DNA of 64,000 nucleotides from Catajapyx aquilonaris (Eukaryota): NCBI GenBank assembly GCA_000934665.2, contig JYFJ02001297.1, positions 1 to 64,000 of the forward strand, read 5' to 3'. Shown piece by piece: positions 11,451 to 24,400 of this stretch (position 1 is its first letter; each line of letters starts with the position of its first letter). The notes under the pieces were generated by a model. It saw only the letters and a program-made list of their open reading frames with translations, ran no database searches and was not told where the DNA came from. The position numbers and the translations under genes were made by a program.

Positions 11451-12365
11451 CTATTCTGTCACCTGCAATGTAAATATTATTTCAGCACCTACAACTTCAA
11501 AATGACAGGAAAGGTTAGGTGGCTTTTTCAGATTATAGCTCTTACCAGTGCAGTGCTTGAAAATTGCTCTGAACATAATTCAGGGGACAAAAATCACTTA
11601 GTTATTGAGGCTCACTAGCTCCCACACATGTTCCAGTTGTTTTGGTTACAGTTGGTTTTAATGGGAAAATAAGGCTAATTTTAAGGCATGTTCAATCAAC
11701 ATGATGATGATTTTGTTTGCCTATGCATGGAGCACAATGGTGCATATAAAAACTGCTAAGTATGAAAGTGATTATTTTAATTAAATTCAAAATAACATAG
11801 TGAAAAAATACCTGTTTGTGATCTTGACTTCTCACCCACCCTGCACAGTGATAACAGTATACAAGCTTATTTACCATTAAACGATCATAAATAACACGAT
11901 TATAAAGCCAGAGGCCGAAGTGAAAATGTTGGAACCATCGATGGTTTCAAATACAATTTTTTTGATTGAACATTTACTTCCCAAAAAATTCTCAATTAGG
12001 CTTCATCTTGCAGGGCCATCAAAAATTGACACTTATTTGCTCTCCAATAAAAAGTAGTGAATTATAGCGAATGTGGTCACATGTATTAAACAAGCTCATC
12101 AATGACACTTTGCATGAATATTTTGGATTTTTCATTCACGAGATATTTGCGGTGGCGCTGAGCTTACCTGTGGAATGGATCGGCATTCAGGACAACAATT
12201 GCATGGTGCATGAGCAGGAACCAGGTATTCTTCCTTTTCACTGCACATCTCCTGGGTAATATTCTCGCATTCGAAAACACATGCAATTGGGCATATCATA
12301 GGTGATGAAATGGCTGCCCCCAAATATATTGAAAATGCAATGATCATTAAAAAGGTTGCCTTCAT
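11451..12365 (-). CDS. Small secreted cysteine-rich peptide (IGFBP-N / fungal protease inhibitor AmFPI-1-like C-x-CC-x2-C motif); join(12365..12168,11462..11451), 69 aa
   Basis: Signal-peptide-like MKATFLMIIAFSIYLGAAIS, 8 Cys spaced C-x3-C-x3-C-x7-C-x13-C-x-CC-x2-C, strong donor CAG|GTAAGC at 12167, acceptor TTGCAG|GTG ACA GAA TAG at 11462, and AATAAA (- strand) at about 11325-11330. The unspliced form would end at 12132. Confidence 0.75.
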
Positions 12366-13642
12366 CTTCAACTTAATCTTATGTGGAACAATGAATGAAG
12401 CGATTTACCTATGGTTAGAGGGAAAAATGTCACAAAATGGTACAGTAAGAGTTGCAATATTATTTTGACCTTACTGGATACTCACCCACACACAGAAGAG
12501 CTACTGAAACAATGAGTTGGTCTAACAAGTGTCTCCCAGGAAACTCCATACATGCATGCCATATGTGGTATGATGCGCAGTATGGTATGTTGCATGCACC
12601 AATTGGCAAAAATGAGACTACCTGCGAGAACTTTTATTGCTTCTAAATCATATAGCCATAGTTAATATTTCCCATTGCAGAAACAATAACCATATGTACG
12701 TGAAAGCACCAGCATATGGCCACGAATCACCTGTTTGAGGAATGTTATGTAATGACACCCCTGTCCCAGCCACCCTCCCTTGCCAATTGAATTGGCATCA
12801 GCAACACCTTATTTCACAAACAAAATAAATGGGTAGGTATGAAACGAGCAGAACTCCATGTTATCTTTAAACACTCGTTAACTTCCATTTATTTCTCTCA
12901 CATCCAACTTTTTTTAAGCAGTGCCTTTCTCGTATAAATAAGTGCAACACAGAAATAAAATATATAACTGCCCGTGACTATTATTTGTGTGGACGACTTT
13001 CAGTCTTCGCCACTTAAACTTAAAAACTGTCACAACTTAAAGATTATTCGTCACAGAACTACTGGAACGTAATTAAAACTTGTGCTACAGTGATTAAGGG
13101 GGGACAAATCCCCTCTTAATTACAGTACATAAAATCGATGACAATTCTCAACATATTACAAATTAGCTTTTCTTATGAGGGGATATTCACCATAATTACA
13201 GGACTGACAAACAGTACTGCAATTGAGGCTGCCATTAACCCCATAATTACAGTAACTTACAGAAGACATGACATCAAATTCTGAACATATTAAAAAAATT
13301 GCAGCAACCATAGCCAATGAATAGGTAAGATAGTTGAAAATAGCTGCTAGTTATGTGCCGCAGAGAGAACCATTAATTAGCCCCCTCATTAAGTGTGTCA
13401 AATCTGAATCCATTGTCTGTGCATGTAGCACCAAAATATTTCCAATCCCAGTCTCAAATGTTCCTACAGAATTTCATCCGGAAATTAATACTAGGGATGG
13501 AAATATGATTTTGTAAGGGCTCTAAGCAGATCCTACACTATCCTCAAATAATGTCTGCATCAAGTTTCCACAACAAGCACCTGAAGGGTGAGCCAGATAT
13601 GTTTGACAGTTACATCACTATTTCTTATAGGTATCTACTGCT

Positions 13643-13932
13643 ATTCTTCGTCTTCTGTTAAAAGCAGCTCCCAACTGCCGCCTAATCTGAATGCCACCGT
13701 ACTCTTGAATTACCCACCATGATAGCTGAAGGCAATAAGCAGCTTCAAAAGACCCGGAGTTGTCAAGCCTTGAATATGATGATTTCTGACGTATATTGGG
13801 TCAAATGCACACGACAACTGTGTGTCTCAGCAATATTCTTACTGACTTCAGTTATTAGTGGGAAATCCAGCGTAGATGGCATTTGGATAAGGCAGTGGGT
13901 AGGAGCTGCCTTTCAACAGAAAGTGAAGAATA
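13643..13932. repeat. Degenerate inverted repeat (old MITE) in the presumed 3' UTR of the MTUS-like gene
   Basis: TATTCTTCGTCTTCTGTTAAAAGCAGCTCC...TGCCA is imperfectly complementary to TGGCA...GGAGCTGCCTTTCAACAGAAAGTGAAGAATA over about 55 bp. Confidence 0.5.
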
Positions 13933-14792
13933 CTATCATGTGTCTGCATACTGAACTTATTTTTGTTACGTATATCAGCTGCTGATGAATAATTTTAAAA
14001 GAGACACACTACAAGTGATAAAGCAAATCTGTCAAACAATTGACTCACTCTGCAGGAGACATGGCAATTTACTTCCAACAGCAGTGTAGTTTTCAAGTAC
14101 AGTACCGGCACAATCCGTGCACTGGAGTGTGACCATTTTAAAAGGATATTTATATTCACGTACTATTTTAAAATCAAGGTAGTTGGCCTGAAGTCACTTT
14201 AAATGAGGTGTAACATAATTACACTTCAGTTAGTAACACAAGCTACTCAAAGCCTTCTCTCACTGGCGCACAAAAAATGCATGAATCTCATGGCTTGTCT
14301 GCAACTGTGATTGAATGCACAACATTACCAATAAATTCCTTGAAAATCATGGCCTTGGTACACTCTGTTCAGTGGTGTCAATATTCCCTCAGCATAGTTT
14401 CTAATAGGATAGTGTAGGATTTGTACCATGTGTAATAAAAATCTGAATTGTATCCATTGAAAGTCACTGGCCTAAGCATGCTGTGGAAAAGCTGCGGCAC
14501 CTTGGACTGGCTAGTGCATAATTTTGGTTGGACTTTCCTGGTGCAGATGAGCTTTTCAGCAGAAAGGTTACCACAGTGTGCAGATATCTGTACAATTTCA
14601 TCAGCATACATTTGGCCTTTAAAACAGGCTTCCCAAGTTAACTCCTTTGCCATGAAATGCATACCTATCAATTATCCAGGCAGTTCACAAGCTTATCTTC
14701 ATTACACATGATGTGTTCAATAGAGCAGCCAATTGCATGTGATTTTTGTGTGGTATTTTGAAGGGACTAGAAAAAAAAACCATACGAACTCT

Positions 14793-15471
14793 TCAAACTT
14801 CGGATTCAGATGGCAACAGGTCGAGATCCTCTGACCAACTGAGGTCAAAAGCAGATGACTCTGCTGTTGGTGCCGTTGTCACATTTGCTGCAACAACTGA
14901 CAATGACAAATTGGACACATCAGATGCTGCCTTTGACTCTGATTCTCCTCCAGCAGATGGCTCCTGTCGTCCAGACACGTCAGATGATGAAGTCTCCGAT
15001 CCAACAGAATCCGCCATGGTCTCTCCTCCTCCATTCTTGGGCTGATCCGGTCCTGAAGACTCCACAACTTCTGGTTCTGGTGACACTGCTGTGACAATCA
15101 CAGGGTGCCCTGAAAGCGAGCTGCATGAGTCCTCACTCTCAAGCAGCAACGGAAGTGGCTCCGAGGCAGGTGACATGGAGCGTGACGATGCCTCTGAGAT
15201 GTCTGCGTCATCATCCAAGTCATCCTCTGGGTACCGCGACTCAAACTCGGAGAAGCTGCAGCACATTCGGAGTGGGAGACGGCGGTTACGGCGAGGCTTC
15301 TGTGTTTTGAAAGTTGGGGGAGGTGGTGGTGGGGGAGGGGGAGGTGGTGGGGGAAGGGCAGGGGGGGCAGTCTGAGGCGCTGGAGACATTTTGCGGAGGT
15401 GGCACTCGCAAGAGATAGTTGACGAAGCAGCGCATGTGTCGATTCGTGGAAGGCGGCGGAAAGAGGTGTCG
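14793..15471 (-). CDS. MTUS-like terminal exon (poly-Pro, acidic/Ser-rich, ends ...SESEV*)
   Basis: Long pyrimidine tract with TTTAG|C acceptor at 15471, phase 2 matching the donor at 17130; open to TGA at 14793. Confidence 0.75.
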
Positions 15472-18400
15472 CTAAATGGGAGCGTGGATGAAATGAGAAG
15501 AGAGAAAAAAAGAGCATTAAATTTTAGTGCAACAAGCATTGTGTGGCAAAAATGCCAACATTCAAGTCCATTTTATCACTCTGATAAATGAAATGTCCAA
15601 ATCCATTTGGATACATAATTAATTAATAAAAACAATTTCAGAATAATCCTAATCAACAGTATTGCCACCTTCCTTAGGGCTGGTTTCACCGAGCTCAGTA
15701 TATGATAAAACCAGGTTTCTTTAGGAAAATCCATACAAATAGATAGGGATTTTGAGAAATACCCTGGTTTTATCATATACTGAGCTCGGTGAAACCGGCC
15801 CTTATAAGCTTTACATGGACTAGATTTAAGAGTTTGGCCCAGAGAAGTTTTTCCAAACATGGACATAAAGGGTGGGATTGAAGGCAGCAGCAACTTTAGG
15901 AGAGATGAGGCCCATCATCTCGTCCCATTTAAGTTAAAGCAGTTCTCAGCTACAAGCTGCATTGGCGACTTAACAGGAGGCAGATGTCAACAACATCATA
16001 AGGTATTGGTGACAACTTGTCTCACTGTGAACATGAAGAGATTATTACAGTGCAATTTTACAGTGATTCAGGTAGCAGTGACTACTGTGCAAAATGTGAA
16101 CACACACACCAGCTTTGGAAAGATTTGTGATGGTGATGCAGAAAAGGAGCTGAGGATGGAAGGTCTAGAGCTTAGATGATCACACTTAAGTGACCATATT
16201 GGTTGCAATCAAGCAGTTTTGTATCAGTGGACGACAAAAAAATAATTCAATTGGCGATTATCGTAATTCAGACCAGAAATTGACCAAGACTACTGATGTC
16301 ACAATAGTTTCAACTGATATATCCAATTACCAATAGGGGACTGATTTACAAACAAATATTGCAACCGCTACGATGATTTCCCTTACAATAAAAAAATAAC
16401 AAAAATAATTGCAAATGGCTCTGAGTGGGCCAAACTCCCATCAGATAGCTTGAAGTAGCATAGAATTTTGACCCACAATGATCACCTGCAGTTACATCTT
16501 TCTGCATATATTACAGCCTTCTATTGCCCCTAAAATGAAATAGTTGCAATATTAAAGAATTTGCCTCATTTTATAGCAGCAGTCAGTATTTTCACATTTC
16601 TTAACTAGGCTTTTTGCAATAGTTGCAAATTCAGCTGGCAGTAAATTATTCAATAACTAGACTTCTCTGCAACTCTCCTTCGATGGGAACCAAATGGCCC
16701 TCTTTTCAAATAATTAACACAAGCAATTGTTTTCAACACTCATTCAACAAATATTCCATTAGGAACAATTTCCCATGACATCCTCACACAAGATATTCTA
16801 ACTGCGTGCCATTAACAAGCAATCGTGGTGAAGTGAAATTAAAGAGCTGTGCCCCACAATAAAAAAATTTGACAGAAATCAACTAAAAAAACTTCCGACC
16901 TGTCCATTAGGAGGTGGAAAATAGGGATTGGAAATACAGGTATTATGACTGGGGAAAACAATGCTGCAGTGTGTGTTTTGCGTGCATCTGGGCCTCATCT
17001 CCTCCGTGATGCTGGCACGCTTTGACTCCTCCCCTTTTCCACCCTTCTGCTCTTCGGCTCAAGAAGCAATGCACTTGCGCTGGCCGCCACTTCAGCTGGG
17101 GCCTGAATGGTGCGACCTGTGCCTTCGTACCCGCAATTTGTGGAGGAAGATGTGCTGCTGCACCGTGGCCTCCGGGGCAACCTTCGACTGCTGGTGGTGC
17201 TAGGGGTTCCAGATGGCCCAGGGGTCAAGGAAGGGCCACCAACAGGCCGCCTCTCAATGGGGAGGCTCCAGCTCATCGAAGGATGGTGGCCCCTGATGGG
17301 AGTTGATGTGCTGTTTGGAACCAGCCGCTTTCCAGGCTCATCTCCATCTGTCAGCCCAACTAGAAGTTAGAGGCCAACAGTAAACCACTTTTTACTAGAG
17401 TCAGTAAAATATTACCCCATTTTCCCCTTATCAGGCATGAGAGACTCCTAATAATGTTAGATAAAAGGATAGGTTTGGCCTATTCTGGTATTGCAAAAAT
17501 TGCAATTTGAAAGTTGCAATTATTAGTATTTAAAATCAAATCATGTGGTAGGAACAGGTGATTTGAGAACATATCCTTGGGAGTTTTCTGATGGGTTAGT
17601 TTGTTCTTGTCACAGATATGCACGAGGTGTATGCCTTGAATCTCACCATCTCGGATGCTCCTTTCAAGGTTTTGCCTGAATCTATACTGCAACTCTTCAT
17701 ATCTTTGATTGAGTCTTTCCTTGTCTCGGGTCTCCTTTCCAACTGATTCCAACAAGCGGACCTTCTCGGAAGTCAAGAGCCTCTCTGTATCCGTCTTCTG
17801 TCTGACTTGCATCTGCAGGTCCTCCACCCTTGCCTCCAGCACATTCACCTTTGTCTGCCACACCTCTAGTTGTTCCGCCTGAAGTTCCAAGTCTTGGTTG
17901 CGCTTACGGAGGTCTCGTATCTCACTTGTCTTCATCTCCAGCACAGCCTGAAAAAGTGGCAGATATGGGATGTCAAGTTTTTCCTGTAATCGCATAATGA
18001 ATTGGAAAGTATTGACCAAGACTGACCCATGCACAAGAGAACACTTGTTTCCTCAAAAATTATGCCTGACAAACGGAGGCACATTTGAAGTTGTCTCGTG
18101 CTGGATAGATAAGGCAGGCCAACTCACCTCAAGAGACAAGACCTCATTTTCTAAGGCAGACTTTGGCTCCTTGGGAGTGGCGGCTTCAGCAGCAGCTGCA
18201 GCTTTCAAGGCAGACACCTCTTCCTGGGCCTCCTGCAGGGCCTGTGCTTGCTCCTGCAAGCGTTGCTCCAGTGACTCTACTTCCTTCAAGTGTGTCTCCT
18301 TCACCTCAGCAAGGTGGTTGTTCACTGCAAAAAAGGATTTCACGTCACAGTAAACTTGAGGCAAGAAATAAATTACGCCGATATCAAAACGAAAGAAAGC

Positions 18401-21400
18401 ATATCTCAAACAGATGCAAGATATGTTCTCCTTCCAGTGAGAGGAATATAATTACGTACATGTTTTTAGCTCTTCATCATGTTCAGATTTGAGACGCTGG
18501 ACCTCTTCCCAATGAGAAGTATTATCAGCATCGCACTTGTCCTGGAGTTGACGCAGGCGCATATGAGCCAAATCTGGTGAAAGGGAAATTGGTAAATGTA
18601 GTAGCCAACAACAACCTTTCCTGTTTGGTCTACAATTTACTAAGTTCATAGCAAAAACCAATCAATATGAAGACTTGAAATGCAGAACAGTCACATCTGA
18701 CTGATTTCGAGATATGAGGTTTTAAAGATTGCATTATCCCTTATGGAATTATTCATTTTAAAATATTTCTCTACGGGGACTTTTGTTCCTCTAGCACAAT
18801 GGTTTTCAAACTGGGGTACGAGAACACAATTTTGGGGGTATGCGAAAGATTTTGGGCAATGGCGTCAGCTATCTATATTTTGTGAGAACCATTATCCTGA
18901 TTCGCGATAGTCCCCAGCCGCGATATTCAGCCTAGCAACCTGTGTTCTGAAGTATTTAATACCATGTGTACTACTACCTATTTATGTGAAGCAAGTTTTT
19001 CAGCATTAACGTCCATGAAATCAAAATTAGATCATCAACTCTGTGTTGAGAAAGATCTCAGGCTTAAATTGATGCCACTTGTCCCGAATATTGTGTGAAA
19101 GAAAGAAAACTTGCCCATAACACTCACTGTTAAGTGCCCGCAATTACTATTGTTACATGTTAGGTAACAGGATCGGAGTGGGGGTACATGAAACTGTCTT
19201 GACATATTTGAAAAGGGGTACGCGACAAAAAAAAGTTTGGGAACCACTGCTCTAGCAGAAAACTGACTTCACCGCTAGATAGTATATGCCAAGGCCTAAA
19301 TCACAATGCCCATTTCAATTTCAACCAAAATGTGACTTTAATCATTCTACTTTTCAGGTCGTCAGTTATATAACCTAGTCTTAAGAGTTGATGTTATCAA
19401 CTTGCAGGATATAACCATACTTAGCTATAAGTTTCCTACAGTCCAACATGTATCTCCTTAAGCACTGAACAGATATCCTAACATACATTCCTGCAACACA
19501 AATGTTCAGAATTTTCCATTTTAAAAGTATTTCATTAACACATTAGTTAATCGATGAAAAAATAGTAAAATGTGCAAATTACATGTCATTGCTGAATATG
19601 ACATTAAACGCTTGCTCTTCTGCATGCCAAGAATAATGAAAAAACATACCCATCTGACCTCTGCTAATAACAACCCACTATTTTACATGATTCCTTATTG
19701 TAAGAGTCAAAGAATACCAGCCTGTGCTGCACACCATGAAGGGGGAAACTACCTGGGTTGTTCTTATGATCATCAGCATCATAAGTCATTCTAAAGTATA
19801 TACCAAATAATTCCTAGCTGATAAGGATCACTTTTGTTTTTACCTAATTCCAATCGAAGGCTGACCAGTTCTTCCTTCAACTTCTCAATCTCATGGGTGT
19901 CCTCCAACTGCAATGGTAAAGAAACACTCACTATATTTTTTATTTTTATTTTTATTTTTTGTTTTTTATATTTACCCCAACTATATGCCGTTGCAAACAC
20001 TCAGTATATTGAAGCTACTACTATTGACACAACAAAACTGTGTGTGTGTACCCTGCACCATTTCTCAGCAGCAAACAGTGGCTCTACTGCTATACTTTCT
20101 CTGAAACAACTGCATTTGTACCATGCAAATGTACAGGGTGTTTCAACTTTTTTGTCCAAACAGATATCAGAAAATTGCACGTAGCTGCTACTTTGTAAGC
20201 AGTGACTTGCAACCGGTGATTTGTCGGAGTGGGGAATGGAGTAAAAGAGGGTCACACATGACACATCCCACGGCATGTGTGACCATATTTTTTCCAGGCT
20301 TGACCCTCAATTTTCAGTGGGCAGCACGTATGCCACTTCAGCCTACGATTCACAGGGAATATTCCCCGTTCCTCCGAAAAATCACCGTTTGCAAGTCACT
20401 GCTTACAAAGTAGCAGCTACGTGAAATTTTCCAATAACTGTTCGGACAAAAAAGTTGAAACACCCTGTATATGGAAACAAACACAAATTATTTCCAGGCA
20501 CACTGAATACATTTAAGTGCTACTCAATAACTGATTCCATCAAGGGGAGGGGGTGGGGGGTAAACAAGATTTCTCACCTAAATTAACTATGTAGAGAGAG
20601 ATAATTTTATTTGTCTTACTATTAAAACAATTATTCCAAAAGCAAGACAGGTACAACAGATGAAATCCTCAAAAATAAATTATGCATTAATTCCATACCT
20701 AAATGAAAGGATTGATTCACCCGTGCCTTAGTGTAATATTTTCCCTAAACTTCCCTACACCTGCCATCACAGGAGATGCACATGATGTCCGTCTTTTTTT
20801 CTGCTTGAGTGAACATCTTCCCCAATCAAGAGTAGCCTTAAAATAACCTTTGCAGGATAAATTCAATCCGGTAATGCCTTGAGAAGAGCCTGAGGTTTTC
20901 TTCATGAGTGAACAATGAAAGTGTGCCAAGATTAACTTTTTTTTGCTACTTTTAGGTGCGGAGAGTGCATCAGAACATCACGTCTCATCAGGAAACAATT
21001 AAAATTTAAACATATTTCTAAGGCCATGCAACAGCAGTAGAAAAAATATGGACATGGGAAATCCTGAGTCAAAGTGAGGGTTGCACAAACCTGGCAAGTC
21101 AGATAATTGACCAAGACAGCTAGAGCCTGGAATCCCTGGCTGCTATGGGCCAACTGCTGCTTTGCTTGCTGGAGGCTTTTCTCACGGGCCTCACATAGTG
21201 ACTCCAAACGCTTCAGCTCCACCTGGACTTGGCTCGCTTTGCTCTTACTATCACCACCACCACCACCAGTACTGGCATCAACATTCTTGTTGGAGGTGGC
21301 AGTGGTGCCTGAGCGAACTTTGGCAGTCAGCGGGATTCGATTTTGATCTGCAGAAAAACAAAGAATTTGTTGAGCTAAATGGCTAAAAGGGAATTATTTA

Positions 21401-24400
21401 CACTTCACTTAGGAAGTAACCATTAATTGTGTATCCTGATACCAGTCATACCACACATATGCACACAAAACCAAGTGCATTCCTGTTATTCTTAAATATT
21501 TCAGCCAACAATGAGGATGGCATGGCTTGAATGGAATCATTTAATATCTCAACATATGTGTTTAAACATCTCAAAGACATCACATGATTCATGTCTTCTT
21601 GGCTGTTCCCTATAAGATGCTGACCACCGTATCCTCTAGCTTACATGGGATGTAGTAACAATGGAAATATTCAGAGGTTAAGAACCTGTTGTAGGTTTTA
21701 TTTCCTCCTGTGCTCCAATAACAGTAGTCCAACACTTCTCTGGACAATTTTCACTAAGAATTCCCCACAGCAACATCGATCCACAACCTTTTGGCACGAA
21801 GCTTGCTTATTAAGCAGTTACCATTTAACTGTCACTTTTTAATGACCTACCCAAATACCAGCTGTTAATAATAGGGTACACAAAAGCAATCCTTCAGGCC
21901 TTGATTTGCATTGAATTTCTGGGCTTCAGGAGTCACCTGCTGGGAATCCAAGGTCAAGGGTTTAATCCACGATCATCCTGCAGTGGTTGAAAGGGTCAGG
22001 TTCATTCAACTTATTACCGTATTTTCAGCTAATATATTTATAACCTAGAAGTGACTATTCAAAAGTAACTGCTTAATAATAAAGCTATACAAATGAACCA
22101 GATTCATTAAATTTCGCGAAGACGCGGAGTTGTCATATCGTGCATACAATGCAAATCATGTGCGCGGTGTACAATGGCCAGAAGCGCGCGGGAACATCCC
22201 TCATGTAAACCCCCCCAAGACAAGGGGATATACGTTGGCCTACCGGTATTTGAAAATATCGGTACTTTTTTTTCAGTTACGTCCGACAACACGGAAATAA
22301 GCGTTTAAAATATAATTAATGAGGCACCAGAATACCGATACTCATTCCCATTGTCTTCCTCATCAATACAGCTTGAAGTCGTCCAAGAGTAAACCGCGTA
22401 CCGAGCCGGTAACAATTGAAACGAAAGTTCAATTTCAAAACGAGTTGACCTCTGGTTTTCTCCTTCCACTTTTTCTCCCTTATTTCTAAATAATCTTTCT
22501 GGTAAGTTAACATTCTCGCAGGATATTTTCCCTCAGGTCTCATTGTTTCGGCCGGCGGCATCGGCCTTTCCATCGTGGAAATGGGGCCGTCAGACATCTT
22601 CAACCCGACAGCCGACAAGGATCAACGTTTGCATACACTCGGGATAGCTTTCCGCCGAGGAACCGACGGTCAATGTCACACCACCCATCCAACGAGCCCA
22701 TTTGGCCCAAGCTGGGCCAAAAATCCAAAGTTAGCCTGCCATTACATATGGTAACCTTCCGTGCCACAGTCATTTCATCTAAATGCAATGCTCGATTTTC
22801 CGCAATGTCTATTGACCTCCCAAGATTCCAGATGATCCTCCTGGCAGCGGATCGCGCCGCCATCTTTGGCCATCTGCCCAAAAAGGGCCTTTCATGGGAC
22901 TTTCTTCCTGGCTCAAAAATACGGCAAGCTTCCGGCAGACGCACTTGAGCCCACTCCCCAAACAAATATATGCAGTGTATATATGTAACACGGCACGAGC
23001 TCGGAATAACGATGATAATATCTGCATTTTATAGCCACAAGGGCACTTGAAAGCATTTTTCGCTCGTTAAGACCAGAGAGCGGAGCTATACAAAAATATT
23101 TTTGTGAAAGCTCCGGAGAAGCTGGATATTTCAAGGATATGCACGCTAAAGTAATATGTACAAGGCGAGGTCGCCTTGAAAGGCAATAGGCTACGTATCG
23201 CGAGGTCATCTTCATGTAGGCGCCCTTTTAGCCGGGTGCATACAAAACACCAGCACTATAGTCGCGTGAGAATTGTGCGGATTACGTGGTGGGCTCATTA
23301 AAAATAATGACGATTGCTCTTATGTAATGGCAATGAAATTAAGAGTTTGCGTGCGGCTTCCAGCGCCGGAAATCGTGTTTACCCCGACCTTAACAAATGC
23401 ACTTTTCCAACCGCACAAGAAGTATAAATGTTTCCTCATTATCTCACAACGGAGCCGGTGGTCTTACAAAAGTGAAATGACTTTCTATATCCGCTAGACT
23501 TAAGAGACTGCATGAAATATGGAGCGATCTTTAGGCTGTACAATGTGGTCCAAAACAATTACCCCCTACTCGAGTGCATGTCCATAACACTTAGCCCAGT
23601 TTCAAAGTCAGCCTGATATGACGGTATGTGGGCGATAACGTCGGTTTTTAACGGGTGCTTGAGTATACCGGCGCTCATTTACATCCATTTTCGAACCAGA
23701 GTTAATTCTGAACATGGCTGAGCACGTGTTTGGAAGATGGCCTACAGTGTTAGTCTCGTTTCTGCGGATTTTGCCCATGAAACCATTGAGTGAACCAGCA
23801 CACGCTGTGCTCCTTCGTTGTAACGTGTGTATAACTCGACAAACCAGAAGCAGCTCCCTCGGCAGCACAACCTAACAATACACGCGCCAGCACATCATGG
23901 CATTGTGCTACCCATACCGGAAAAGCTTTCCAATTTCCCACCCGTAAGCTGCGACTCTCTATTCCCTGGCAAAAGCAGGTCAGTACGAGCATCTTACCAT
24001 CCTCGGCCAAGTCCAGCCAGCAAGCAGCTTCGCATAACGGTACCCCATTAAACTTGCGTCTCAACCCCATCTTCTCCTGCTGGAACCAAAGTCGCGCCAG
24101 AAGCCATTCCTGCTCGTTCATTCCTCCGTTGGCCCCTGTCATGCCTTCCGCTGCCGGGTTCACGCTTCCTCCGTCCTGCTGGTGACAGTTGGACATCACC
24201 AGTCCGCCGTCCTGGAGGCAATTGGACAACACCAGGCCGTCCTGGAGGCCGTTGCATAGCTTCAGGCCGCCGTTGGACTCCTCCACGGAGCGCAACGCGA
24301 CTGATTCGGTCGCGTTGGACCCTTTGCGTCGGCTGCTGGACCGACGGAGCCATCCGGTTCGCTTCTTGGTCAGCAAAGGGGTAGCACCGTCGCCAAGGGT

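Noticed and set aside
14746..15591. Several + strand ORFs (Gly-run, Ser-rich)
   Set aside because: Antisense shadows of the - strand terminal exon. The same applies to the + strand ORFs over 17.0-18.5, 46.6-48.5 and 51.0-52.8 kb.
23750..23997. C-terminal part of the 252-aa ORF, read as a stand-alone single-exon gene
   Set aside because: It lies after a strong in-phase donor and has non-descript composition, so it is more likely intron read-through. Not fully excluded.
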